Below are positions 8,725 through 18,841 of a stretch of 64,000 bases of DNA, piece by piece. Under the pieces are notes generated by a model that saw only the letters and a program-made list of their open reading frames with translations, made no database searches and was not told the origin of the DNA. This DNA comes from an uncultured Pseudomonadales bacterium (GTDB lineage Bacteria; Pseudomonadota; Gammaproteobacteria; Pseudomonadales; CANNCY01). How positions within the stretch are numbered: the first letter of the stretch is position 1; each line of letters opens with the position of its first letter. The position numbers and the translations under genes are program-made. The stretch lies in the NCBI GenBank assembly GCA_947503335.1, contig CANNCY010000002.1:607739-671738 (forward strand). Reading direction: 5' to 3'.

Positions 8725-9891
8725 CTATAGATCTGAGGCAATCGGCAACTGTTTTCTAATCCAGTCGTGCACTGCTGCTACATCGTATTCTTCAGCCATT
8801 AAAGAGCCTTGCTTATGAGCGATCGACTTAAGGCCTTTTTGGTTAAGCTCTGACACATAGCCATCTTCTAAAATCACCGACCATGCGTAATCGGCAACGG
8901 CCTCTTTATCTACCGAATGGTCAGCTGCGATTTCAGGGGCAAACAGCCATTCGGCTTGCAGGCTCATGGTTTCTTCATCGATAGGTAACAAACGAACAAT
9001 ACGAACATAATCAACATGCGCCACCATAAAGGTTGACGGCATCATGACGCTAAAGGTAGTGCCACGCTTGATATCCTCTTCACTTAAACCGGATAGAGTT
9101 GGCGCGCAAGGCTGACCATCGGCAGTCCATGTATGAAAGTCTTCTGCCAAACCACCTGCAAACTTAGGGTCGTCATTGTCTGCATTGTCGCGCCATGTTG
9201 GGTCGTCTTCGCGCTCCATATAACCACGACGATAAATAGGCACGGCTTTACAAAGCTCTTTATGAACACCGGGGCAATGTAGGCATTCGTTAAAGTTCTC
9301 CCAAAAGATCTTCCAATTACACTTAAGTTTTTTCTCGCGAGCTACTGAAACCTGCAATGACTCCAACGGCCAATTTTTAAACCAGTGAGCATCGGTATGG
9401 GCGGTTTCAAAATCTTTCGCTTCATCGCCAGCTAAGTTGATAAAGATACAGCCTCGCCAGTTATAGACTGCCACCTGATAGAGCGGAAAATCCTTCATAT
9501 CAAAATCGGCAGGGCAATGCTTAGAGGGCGTGCGTACTAACTCGCCATCAAGATCGTATGCCCAGGCATGGTAAGGGCAAATAATTTTATTTGATCGCAG
9601 CTTGCCTTCGTCTTCAGTAAACAGAATAGAACCGCGATGGCGGCAGGTATTGTGAAACGCTTTAAGCTCGCCCTCGTCAGTGCGAACAATCACGATCTCT
9701 TGGTCACCAATGTTTACTTTTTTGAACATGCGCGGCTCGGCCAGCGCTTGATCTCGGCAAACATAAACCCAGTTCTTGTACCAGATATGGCGCAGCTCGG
9801 TTTGATACTGCGCTTTGTCGTAGTACCACTCGGCTGGCAATGTGGGCTGAGTATTAGCCAGCCCATTAAAATCAGTTGCTCTATTGGTCAT
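8725..9891 (-). CDS. Rieske [2Fe-2S] non-heme-iron oxygenase, alpha-subunit type
   Basis: It carries the Rieske motif CRHRGS...CPYHAW and a catalytic-domain ENFNECLHCPGVH iron-ligand region, resembling the GbcA/YeaW/choline-monooxygenase-like group. Confidence 0.85.
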   Translation of the reverse strand: MTNRATDFNGLANTQPTLPAEWYYDKAQYQTELRHIWYKNWVYVCRDQALAEPRMFKKVNIGDQEIVIVRTDEGELKAFHNTCRHRGSILFTEDEGKLRSNKIICPYHAWAYDLDGELVRTPSKHCPADFDMKDFPLYQVAVYNWRGCIFINLAGDEAKDFETAHTDAHWFKNWPLESLQVSVAREKKLKCNWKIFWENFNECLHCPGVHKELCKAVPIYRRGYMEREDDPTWRDNADNDDPKFAGGLAEDFHTWTADGQPCAPTLSGLSEEDIKRGTTFSVMMPSTFMVAHVDYVRIVRLLPIDEETMSLQAEWLFAPEIAADHSVDKEAVADYAWSVILEDGYVSELNQKGLKSIAHKQGSLMAEEYDVAAVHDWIRKQLPIASDL

Positions 9892-9928
9892 CTTTTATAT
9901 CTCACTGAATGACTGTATAGCGAACAGT

Positions 9929-12499
9929 TTAGCCTATATCAGCTGGCGTTCTCAAGCGTCGATCTAAGTAGGCAACACCTAACAACCCCAAGCCTAACCC
10001 TAAGAAGCTAACGATGCGGTATATACCCTCTAGTTGCGACATATCTACCAAGAATAGTTTTGCCACGACCACCGCTAGCAATGCCAAGCCACCCTTATAC
10101 AACGAATCTAGTCGTCGTACGCTAGCGTACACCATCGTAGCAATAGCAATCGTCATCCATACAGCCGAGTAGGTATATAGCTCGCCCTCGAATGTTGCTT
10201 GAGACATATCTACCGACCCATGCCACAGATGTCTGATTTGCACCGACACAAAAATCAAGAACGACAATGCCGTTGCCACTGCCATCGCAGGTCTAAACGA
10301 CATTGCATGCCATTTAGCTAATGCGGCGAAGAGTAACACTGGCAAGCCTAGATACAACCAAAGGGCATTAAAGATCTCGGTATAGCTAATTGTCTTCATC
10401 AGTTCGTGATCGATGGTAGCAAACATCCATAGAATCATTACGTAGAAGAAACTACCCGCCAGCACCAGAAGACCGCTAAATAACTTGTACAACGACACCA
10501 GGTGGTTTGAAGCATTTGAGCGAATGTAATACACCAGACCTAACGCCAACGATAGGCTGCAGTAGTAGCCGATCTCAGTGGGCGAGTGCATATCGCGATA
10601 CATGTATTCGCCATATAACGACCATCGAATAAAGGTGAATATAGATAGCGCAATAAAGTGAAGCCATGCCCCCTGTAGCCAAGGACTTAGCTTTTTATCA
10701 TCGGCGAGCAGTTGCATAGCGATATATACAAAGCCCACAGTAGCCATACAGACAATTAGATTGTAAACCGGAGCGGTGTCATACTCCCACACCCAAGGCC
10801 CCAAAGTTAATCGCCCAAGCAGCAGCACGATCAGAACCTTGAGCATCCAGCCAAGTCGCTGCAGTTGATAACGCGACATCATAAAGGCAAGCGATACCAC
10901 CTGCGCAGCAAGGGCTGCAGACAGAATTTGATCACTGAATAGTGAAACAACGGCAAGGCTATAACAGAAGTGAGCCGACAGTGTTAACCACACTCGCCAT
11001 GACTCTAGCCAACCTTGCTTAATACCTTGTCTGATCAATGCTCCATAAATCAGGCCAGTGATCAAAGCCATTGCGAACCACTGATGCCCTACCAAGCTTG
11101 CACTAGATAATAAATAAACAACGGCCAATGCCATTACGGGCGGAATCGCCGACAAGCTCGCCCGCCAATCAGACATATAGTTTGCGCGCATACCTACGAC
11201 GCTAAATACGGCGGTAACAGCACACACACCAGCCAAGTATTTACACAATGGCCATACCTGCTCGTAGCCAATTTTGGCGATTACCAAATGATCATTGTTG
11301 GTGCTAATCACATCAAGTAGCGGTGCGACGAGCAACCCTAACGTAAGCAGCCAAGCCGCCGGCACCACCGCGTCGTTTCGATAAGCAATAAACCCGACTA
11401 CGATAAGCGAACTGAGCCATGCACCTGTTTGTTCGTGCACCTCGTTAAATTGCAAGGTAAGTACCAGCACGATAGCGAGAACACTGGTAGTTAATGCTGT
11501 GAGTTGCGATTGCTTAAGGCCACCGCTCAAACCCAATGCTTCGCGCAATTGCAATCGATCGTTAACGCGCACTGTTCGCACACTGAAGATACCACCATCA
11601 ATAACCGCGATCACCATGATTGCGGCGCATAGATAAAACACTCTAAACAAGTCGTAGTCGGCTTTACCTAGTGACACTAACCACCAGAATAAAATGCCCG
11701 ACATCATGCCGATCCACAGCCAGCTGCGATACACATAATTCAGTAATAGCGCGACAGCAACTGTGATGATCAAGGCATATATCATCGCCACCCACACTTG
11801 CCCCGAACCGGTACTGACTAACGCCGGCACAATGTACGCGGCCAACATACCAAACAGCGCGTACAAAGGGCCGTAAAGTTTTGCTTGGTTCAGCGTTAAC
11901 AAGGCGACTACCGTTAACGCAATAAACACAAAGGTTGGCGAGATTAGTTCGTACCAATGCAATGCGGCTGTCAACGAGGCAAACAACGTGATCGTGCCAC
12001 CGGCTGCAAGTGCCGCAAAGCTTAAGTCAGTACGCCCTGTTTTGCGACGCAGCAGTTCGGCACCAGCATGTAACGCGATACCTGCCAGCACACCCGCTGC
12101 AACACGTGCCATAGGGCCAAGCCACCCCTGCTCTAGGGCATAACGCCCCATAAAAATGCCGGCTAGCGCAACACATAACGCGCCCATCCAGGTCATCCAA
12201 GTACTGTGCGTTGATGCTAGCGGCGTCTCTGTTTGTGAGGGGCGAGTGATTGGTGTCTTTTTTGGTACTGGCTTGGGCACCGGTACCGAAATAGGCGTAA
12301 CAACAGTTGGTGGTGGCTCTTGTATTTTAGGCACCACCTTTTTGGGTTCAACAACAGAAGGTTTGCTGGTAGGCGAGCCCGCTAGTGTTGCTTCTAGTTC
12401 TTTCACCTTAAATTGCAACTCACGCACCTGCATAAACGCAATGATGCCCAAGACGCTACCTAAGAATACAACCAACAATGCAACTACTAGCAGTTCCAT
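9929..12499 (-). CDS. DUF2339-like polytopic membrane protein
   Basis: An 856-aa protein with an N-terminal TM helix, a short coiled coil, a Pro-rich spacer (PPPTVVTPISVPVPKPVPKK) and then more than 20 hydrophobic helices. This is the DUF2339 architecture as I remember it. Confidence 0.7.
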   Translation of the reverse strand: MELLVVALLVVFLGSVLGIIAFMQVRELQFKVKELEATLAGSPTSKPSVVEPKKVVPKIQEPPPTVVTPISVPVPKPVPKKTPITRPSQTETPLASTHSTWMTWMGALCVALAGIFMGRYALEQGWLGPMARVAAGVLAGIALHAGAELLRRKTGRTDLSFAALAAGGTITLFASLTAALHWYELISPTFVFIALTVVALLTLNQAKLYGPLYALFGMLAAYIVPALVSTGSGQVWVAMIYALIITVAVALLLNYVYRSWLWIGMMSGILFWWLVSLGKADYDLFRVFYLCAAIMVIAVIDGGIFSVRTVRVNDRLQLREALGLSGGLKQSQLTALTTSVLAIVLVLTLQFNEVHEQTGAWLSSLIVVGFIAYRNDAVVPAAWLLTLGLLVAPLLDVISTNNDHLVIAKIGYEQVWPLCKYLAGVCAVTAVFSVVGMRANYMSDWRASLSAIPPVMALAVVYLLSSASLVGHQWFAMALITGLIYGALIRQGIKQGWLESWRVWLTLSAHFCYSLAVVSLFSDQILSAALAAQVVSLAFMMSRYQLQRLGWMLKVLIVLLLGRLTLGPWVWEYDTAPVYNLIVCMATVGFVYIAMQLLADDKKLSPWLQGAWLHFIALSIFTFIRWSLYGEYMYRDMHSPTEIGYYCSLSLALGLVYYIRSNASNHLVSLYKLFSGLLVLAGSFFYVMILWMFATIDHELMKTISYTEIFNALWLYLGLPVLLFAALAKWHAMSFRPAMAVATALSFLIFVSVQIRHLWHGSVDMSQATFEGELYTYSAVWMTIAIATMVYASVRRLDSLYKGGLALLAVVVAKLFLVDMSQLEGIYRIVSFLGLGLGLLGVAYLDRRLRTPADIG

Positions 12500-12523
12500 C
12501 TCGCCCCCTTCAAAGTGGCTTGT

Positions 12524-14404
12524 CTATTTAGTCGATTCAATCCATGCGTTAACGCGGCGTTCTAGTAAGTCGTTCGGTAAAGATCCGCCCACTAAGATCG
12601 CATCATGAAACTCGCGAATGTCAAACTTGTCGCCTAATTCGGACTTTGCTTTTTCGCGCAGCTCAAGAATTTTGAGCATGCCTACTTTATAGCTAGTGGC
12701 TTGACCTGGCATCACCTGATAGCGATGAATCTCTGATCGCGCTGCACCAGGTGCAATTGGGTTGTTATCGAGCATGTACTTAATTGCTTGCTCTTCGGTC
12801 CAGCCATAATGGTGCAGGCCGGTATCAACCACCAAACGTACCGCACGCCACATCTCGGTCATTAGACGACCAAAATCGTTGTAAGGGTTTTGGTAAGCAC
12901 CCATTTCTTTGGCTAACAGCTCTGTATACAACGCCCAACCTTCGCCATAGAAAGAGATGTACTGGCTAGAGATAAATAGTGGCGTATCTGGGTCTTCGGC
13001 AGTGACAGCCCAATCAAAGTGATGCCCTGGTACGGCCTCGTGGTAAGCAATGGCCTCCATCTCGCTCTTTGGCATCGACTTCATATCTATTAGATGTGCG
13101 TAATAGGTACCCGGCTTAGAACCATCGGCAAAGCCTGGATAGTAATGCTGAGCAGCGCCTGGCTGTTCGCGATACGCCTCTACACGCTTCACCACAATTT
13201 CTGATTTAGGAATCGTATTAAAAAACTGCGGAGCAACCTTTAACAGGTCGTTGATATATTTGGTTGAGTCATCAATATAGCCCTGACGCCCTTCATCAGT
13301 ATTGGGGTAAAAGAATTGTTCGTCAGTTTGAATGAAATTGAAGAATTCTTGCAACGACCCCTCAAAACCAACTTTGTCTTTTAGCGCGAGCATCTCGTCA
13401 GTTAAACGTGCGACTTCGCTTAAGCCAAGTTCGTGTGCCTGCTTGGCCGTCATATCGGTTGTGGTGTAGTACTTTAAACGCTCTGCATAAAACTCTTTAG
13501 CCTTTGGCAGATTGATTACACCAGTCGACGTGGCAGTGCGTTCGGCATTTGGTTCATCAGCGGTCATAAACTCTACTATGTCAGCGTATACAGGGCCCAC
13601 CTCTTCAACTAATGCCGCTTTAATAGACTGCATTGTTGCGCCGTACTGTTCGTCAGTGATGGTGCCTGCATCAAGAAGTTTATCTAACGCGGTCTTGGCG
13701 TAGTTTAATAAGGGTGCATTCTCTTCGCTTTCTTGAAATGGCGCACCGGTAATGATCGCTTTAGATTCTTTAATCACAGACTCATACGCAAACTGCGGTG
13801 GGCGAACGCCATTTTCTGCACGGGCTTTAGCACGTACTAGATTATTTTGTAGCGCTTTAGCCATCCCACGCATACGCCCGGCAAAGTCTTGGGCATCTTT
13901 AAGAGTTTCGATTTGGTGATAGCCCATCACCATAGCAGGGTAACCCGAATGACTACCGTTCATCTGTTCAAACACATACTGTTGGTCTGCAAATGTATGA
14001 GCGCGTTTTTCGGCTTCGTAAAGATAGATGTAGTAATCAAACGCTAACTGATCGCGCAACGTTAGTTCGCTGTAATCAAACTGGGCCTTCATTTGCTCGA
14101 TCTGTGATGCATACAGAGCAAAGCCTTTCTCGATAGCTTCGTCACTATTGTCGTCAAATTGATCGTATTTATCTTTGCGCCCTAAAAACGCAAGCTGCAT
14201 TGGTGACTGCTGTATACGCTCTTCGTATGCATTGTCTAACCAACTTTTTAATGACTGCTGCTGTACCTGTTCTACGGCTACCGTCTCAGTAGTTACTGTT
14301 TGCGTAGATTGTGTATTGGTCGTTGAACTGTCACAACCAACCACTAGGGCTGCCGCAACAGACAGGGTAATCAGTTTTTTATTGAAGGTTATTTTCTTGA
14401 ACAT
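12524..14404 (-). CDS. DUF885-family lipoprotein (putative metallopeptidase-like)
   Basis: It has a lipobox (AAALVVGC) and the HEAVPGHH motif characteristic of DUF885. Confidence 0.78.
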   Translation of the reverse strand: MFKKITFNKKLITLSVAAALVVGCDSSTTNTQSTQTVTTETVAVEQVQQQSLKSWLDNAYEERIQQSPMQLAFLGRKDKYDQFDDNSDEAIEKGFALYASQIEQMKAQFDYSELTLRDQLAFDYYIYLYEAEKRAHTFADQQYVFEQMNGSHSGYPAMVMGYHQIETLKDAQDFAGRMRGMAKALQNNLVRAKARAENGVRPPQFAYESVIKESKAIITGAPFQESEENAPLLNYAKTALDKLLDAGTITDEQYGATMQSIKAALVEEVGPVYADIVEFMTADEPNAERTATSTGVINLPKAKEFYAERLKYYTTTDMTAKQAHELGLSEVARLTDEMLALKDKVGFEGSLQEFFNFIQTDEQFFYPNTDEGRQGYIDDSTKYINDLLKVAPQFFNTIPKSEIVVKRVEAYREQPGAAQHYYPGFADGSKPGTYYAHLIDMKSMPKSEMEAIAYHEAVPGHHFDWAVTAEDPDTPLFISSQYISFYGEGWALYTELLAKEMGAYQNPYNDFGRLMTEMWRAVRLVVDTGLHHYGWTEEQAIKYMLDNNPIAPGAARSEIHRYQVMPGQATSYKVGMLKILELREKAKSELGDKFDIREFHDAILVGGSLPNDLLERRVNAWIESTK

Positions 14405-14464
14405 AGTGCCACCTAATCTGTTTATAACTAGGCAACACTATCAAATAAGTGGTACAGATAACAG

Positions 14465-15370
14465 CTAAGCGGCGTAGCCGTCGGCATCAATCAATGGCGT
14501 CTTAGATCGAACAAAAAGGCCTTCACCATTACCCAGTTCGTTACCTTCTTCATCGTATACAACCGACTTAGCGTAGATTTTATTACCCTCTACCGATACA
14601 ACCTCGCCTACTGAACGCATTTTGCCGTTAACCACTGGTCGCAATAGATTCGTGGTAAAGCTAGCGGTTAACACGAAGACATTTGGTTCAATCGAGTTGG
14701 CGGCAAAGAACGCCGCATCATCAAGCATCTTGAAATACACAGAACCATGTACCGCATGCGCTGAATGGTGCATATCATGACTAAGTTCGATAATAATCTG
14801 TGCCCAGCGGTCTTTTATAAGCACCTCTGGGTGGTACATCTTCTTGTTGAGAGGTGCCGCTTGGTACATACGCTCGAGTGAACGGTAATGATCTTCAAGA
14901 TCAAATCGCATCAGGGTAATCGGATGATCTGAAATGGCCGACTCGTCGAACGCCACAAAGCCCAGCCGTGTGTATAGGTTTTGCTGGTCTTCGGTGTACA
15001 GATACAACGTTGCAATACCCTGCGTGGCCGCCCATTGCTTAAGATGATTGACTAACTTAGTCGCGATACCAAGCCCCCGATAGTCGGGCAAAACCAACAC
15101 ATTCATCAACCAAGGGGTTAAATGCTTATAGTCTTCTAAATCTTCTTCTAGTATAGAAATGCTGCCAACCGGCTTATCGTCTACGACTGCAAGCCAAGTT
15201 TGCGGAAACTGCTCGCCCGCTTCTGCACAGCGTTTCATATCCGAAAAAAACACAGGCTTCATGTCGGCGCCGTATAGATGGCCCCATTCGTCGTAGTGCC
15301 ATTGCCCTACCTGCCCAGCATATTGTGGCAGCTGAGCAAGCGAGACAATCGAAACTTCTTTACTACTCAT
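14465..15370 (-). CDS. GNAT acetyltransferase fused to PaaI-type hotdog thioesterase domain
   Basis: The N-terminal half has GNAT motif A (VLPDYRGLGIATKLVNHL). The C-terminal 130 aa look like a PaaI/4HBT hotdog domain (HGSVYFKMLDDAAFFAA...GEGLFV). Confidence 0.65.
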   Translation of the reverse strand: MSSKEVSIVSLAQLPQYAGQVGQWHYDEWGHLYGADMKPVFFSDMKRCAEAGEQFPQTWLAVVDDKPVGSISILEEDLEDYKHLTPWLMNVLVLPDYRGLGIATKLVNHLKQWAATQGIATLYLYTEDQQNLYTRLGFVAFDESAISDHPITLMRFDLEDHYRSLERMYQAAPLNKKMYHPEVLIKDRWAQIIIELSHDMHHSAHAVHGSVYFKMLDDAAFFAANSIEPNVFVLTASFTTNLLRPVVNGKMRSVGEVVSVEGNKIYAKSVVYDEEGNELGNGEGLFVRSKTPLIDADGYAA

Positions 15371-15375
15371 AACAA

Positions 15376-16212
15376 CTACTTAAAGTCTTCTGCACTATGG
15401 CGCTCAGCTACCTGAGTTTCGGGCTCGCCCCAAACCTTATTTACTCGTACACCGCGCTTAACAGCAGGTCGGTCATTAATTGCTGCCGCCCAGCGCAGTA
15501 CATGAGTGTATTCATGTGCACTAATAAACTCTGCAGCATCGTAAACTTTATTGGTAACTAACGCACCGTACCAAGGCCAAATAGCCATATCAGCGATCGT
15601 ATATTGATCACCACACATGTAGTCGTTGTGCTCAAGATGGCGATTTAGCACGTCTAGCTGGCGTTTGATCTCCATCGTGTAGCGATCAATAGGATACTGA
15701 TATTTTTCGGGCGCATAAGCATAAAAGTGGCCAAAGCCGCCGCCCAAAATTGGTGCGCTACCCATCTGCCAGAATAACCAGCTTAAGCAATGAGCTCGCC
15801 CTTCGGCATCACTGGGGATAAACGCGTTAAATTTTTCAGCAAGGTGTAACAACATCGCACCTGACTCGAAGATATTGATTGCCTTATCACCCGAACGATC
15901 GACAAGCGCAGGAATCTTAGAGTTTGGATTAACATCGACAAAACCCGAGCCAAATTGGTCGCCTTCCATGATCTTGATTAACCACGCGTCATATTCGGCG
16001 TCAGTGAAGCCAGCCTCTAATAACTCTTCGAACATGACGGTCACTTTCACGCCATTGGGCGTGCCCAAAGAATACAGTTGAAACGGATGCTCACCTGATG
16101 GCAACTCCTTGTCGTGGGTAGGCCCGGCAATTGGTCGATTAATCGATGCAAACTTACCACCATTGCCCTGGTCCCACTGCCATACTTTTGGTGGGGTATA
16201 AACGTCACTCAT
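15376..16212 (-). CDS. yghU: Nu-class glutathione S-transferase, YghU-like
   Basis: It aligns along its whole length with E. coli YghU as I remember it (PPKVWQWD, FASINRPIAGPTH, LYSLGTPNG, GGGFGHFY). Confidence 0.82.
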   Translation of the reverse strand: MSDVYTPPKVWQWDQGNGGKFASINRPIAGPTHDKELPSGEHPFQLYSLGTPNGVKVTVMFEELLEAGFTDAEYDAWLIKIMEGDQFGSGFVDVNPNSKIPALVDRSGDKAINIFESGAMLLHLAEKFNAFIPSDAEGRAHCLSWLFWQMGSAPILGGGFGHFYAYAPEKYQYPIDRYTMEIKRQLDVLNRHLEHNDYMCGDQYTIADMAIWPWYGALVTNKVYDAAEFISAHEYTHVLRWAAAINDRPAVKRGVRVNKVWGEPETQVAERHSAEDFK

Positions 16213-16371
16213 ATTAAAACTCCGTCTTATAACTTTTTGATCGTTGTCGCGCGCCGAGCATAGTCAATATCTACGGGTACGCGTCAAATTTAAATATCTG
16301 CACTCGATTAAGTCGCTAGCTATCTGGTTAATGACTAGTCTAATAAAAGAGTATTGCGAGGTAGCCCTATC

Positions 16372-18330
16372 ATGTCGCTAAAGGATCTTTCGATTCGGCA
16401 AAAATTGCTTATCACTAACGGCATCATCGCCATTGTTTTGATCACTATATTCAGCATGATTTGGCGATCTAACCACACCATGTCTGAGTCTGCGCATTGG
16501 GTCGAGCATACACACCTAGTTATTGAGCGGTCAAACAATATTGTAGGGGCAATGGTTGACCAAGAGACTGGGTTGCGAGGTTTCAGCATAGGAGGCCAAG
16601 ATGAATTTTTAGAGCCATACCAGTCTGGCAAAAAGGCTTTCGCTGATAATCTGGCCATCGCTAAAGACCTTACTAGTGACAATCCCGCTCAGCAGGCACG
16701 CTTTGATCAGGTGGCTAGTGATGCAGCTCAGTGGCAAAGCTATGCCGACGAACTTATTACACTACGACGCAATGTAAAGCTAGGCGAGGCAGTGTCTGGC
16801 GAGCTATCTAACATGCTCGCCTCTGGTATGGGAAAGCGCAAAATGGATGCCATACGTGATGAGATTACGTCATCGCTTGATTCTCGCTCTGCTGACGCTA
16901 TTACACTATCGCTAGTCAACATGGAGACTGGTTTACGCGGCTTCATGCTAAACAAGCAGTCGAATTTTCTAGAGCCCTATAACGCGGGCAGGGAGGCACT
17001 AGACCGTCAGCTTCAATTTGTGACCAATACCCAGCTTACTGCAAAGGTCGATGACTGGATTAAATCATATGCCGAGCCAGTAATCGGCTTAGTCAATAAA
17101 GCTAAGCAGTATCCAGATCGACAGTTACTTTATCGGGTGTATGCATCTAAAAAAGGCAAGACCTTTATGGATAACATTCGTTCTCAAATTGCAGATATTA
17201 TCGCGGTTGAAGAATCGTTATTAACAGAGCGCGGCCAAGCACGTGATAGTGCAGCAGCAATGGTTGAGAACGCGATTATTCTTGGCGGTATTCTCGCGAT
17301 TTTAATTGCTGCCGCGTTAGGCGTGTTGTTAGCGCGCAGTATTTCAGCACCAATTAACAATGCGGTTGACCTTGCTAAGCGCGTTGCGAAAGGCGATCTA
17401 TCATCTACGTCAAATGCTACCGGCAAAAGCGAAGTTCAGCGCCTACTTCAATCATTAGATGAATCTATAATAAATATGCGCAATATTTTGCAGAAAGTTG
17501 CTAAAGCGAGTAGCCAACTCTCAACCTCTTCTTCAGAGCTGAACAAGCGCTTGAGTGGGTCACGTAATGACTCCTCCACTCAAAAATCTATGACTGAAAG
17601 CGTTGCATCAGCCATGGAGCAAATGACCATTTCGGTGAACGAAGTATCAGATAACATCACTCGCACTGCAGAATCTGCCAACTCAGCCAACGAACAAGCT
17701 AAAATCGGCTCAACAGTAATAAAGAACAACATTGCAACGATTAATGACTTAGAGCACGTCATCGTAGGTACGGCTGAAGAGCTTAGAGCGCTCGCTCAAG
17801 ATACCAAAAACATTGGTGGCATACTTGATGTAATAAGAGGCATCGCTGATCAAACAAATCTGCTCGCATTAAATGCTGCTATCGAGGCGGCTCGCGCAGG
17901 CGAACATGGGCGAGGCTTTGCAGTCGTAGCCGATGAGGTACGAGGATTAGCTCAAGGCACTCAAAATTCCATTGGCGAAATAGAATCACTAATCGCTAGA
18001 TTGATCGATGGTTCTGAAAAAGTTGTTAACTCGATGGAATCTAGTCGCAGCATCGCCGCTAATTCAGTCAAGGATGCTGATCAAACCGGTGAGGCCTTTA
18101 ATCAAATATCTGAAGCCATCGCGTTGATCGAACAGATGACTGGGCAATCTGCTGTGGCCTGCGAACAGCAGGCAGCAGCTACTGCCGAGATAAATACAAA
18201 TACGGCTAGCGTAAATGCCTTATCAGACCAGACATTTGAGTCGGCAGAGACCAGTTTAAAATCAAGTCAATCACTGCGAGCGCTCGCCGATGAATTAGAC
18301 AGCGCATTGCAGCAATTTAAGTTTAATTAA
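16372..18330 (+). CDS. methyl-accepting chemotaxis protein with CHASE3-type periplasmic region, HAMP and MCP signalling domain
   Basis: I chose the ATG at 16372 ([11 protein letters not shown]) over the TTG at 16354. The protein has two TM helices, ETGLRGF...FLEPY CHASE3 motifs, and a conserved signalling hairpin ([34 protein letters not shown]). Confidence 0.9.
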   Translation: MSLKDLSIRQKLLITNGIIAIVLITIFSMIWRSNHTMSESAHWVEHTHLVIERSNNIVGAMVDQETGLRGFSIGGQDEFLEPYQSGKKAFADNLAIAKDLTSDNPAQQARFDQVASDAAQWQSYADELITLRRNVKLGEAVSGELSNMLASGMGKRKMDAIRDEITSSLDSRSADAITLSLVNMETGLRGFMLNKQSNFLEPYNAGREALDRQLQFVTNTQLTAKVDDWIKSYAEPVIGLVNKAKQYPDRQLLYRVYASKKGKTFMDNIRSQIADIIAVEESLLTERGQARDSAAAMVENAIILGGILAILIAAALGVLLARSISAPINNAVDLAKRVAKGDLSSTSNATGKSEVQRLLQSLDESIINMRNILQKVAKASSQLSTSSSELNKRLSGSRNDSSTQKSMTESVASAMEQMTISVNEVSDNITRTAESANSANEQAKIGSTVIKNNIATINDLEHVIVGTAEELRALAQDTKNIGGILDVIRGIADQTNLLALNAAIEAARAGEHGRGFAVVADEVRGLAQGTQNSIGEIESLIARLIDGSEKVVNSMESSRSIAANSVKDADQTGEAFNQISEAIALIEQMTGQSAVACEQQAAATAEINTNTASVNALSDQTFESAETSLKSSQSLRALADELDSALQQFKFN

Positions 18331-18746
18331 GGATAGGCTTTTGACGAACCGAGGCGACCGAAACCTGTTGGGCTAAAAGACGGCTTTACGTCGCCTTCAT
18401 GCCAAGGTGCCATAAGCTCGATATCTGCGGTAATAGATTCTGAGAACACCTCATCAATTGTAATGGTTACTTCTGATTCACCAATACTAGAGCCATCAAA
18501 GGTAGTAAATGTTATGCGAGCCGTGCAGGTTAGCTCGTCGTCGATTTGAGTGATCATCGCTGGCGCTTTGATTTTGTGCAAGCCCATATGCGCGATGCTT
18601 AGCGTAGGCTCATCACCACTATTGTCGATCTGAATTTTATCACCCAACAATAAAACACCCTGCAAATCGCCCTGAAGCTGCGTTACTTCGAGGTTAATCT
18701 TAAGTGCTGCCGATACTGTCTCTGCGTATGCAAGTGTTGCTGTCAT
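18327..18746 (-). CDS. hypothetical protein
   Basis: A 139-aa ORF with no recognised family. Its stop shares the tetranucleotide TTAA with the MCP stop. Confidence 0.45.
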   Translation of the reverse strand: MTATLAYAETVSAALKINLEVTQLQGDLQGVLLLGDKIQIDNSGDEPTLSIAHMGLHKIKAPAMITQIDDELTCTARITFTTFDGSSIGESEVTITIDEVFSESITADIELMAPWHEGDVKPSFSPTGFGRLGSSKAYP

Positions 18747-18841
18747 AAGAACTCCTGCGATATTTGTACTTATTATTTAGCCTCTAATGTGAGGCTGGTC
18801 AACCTTGATTGTATACACAGTTCACACAATTAGAAAAGTTT

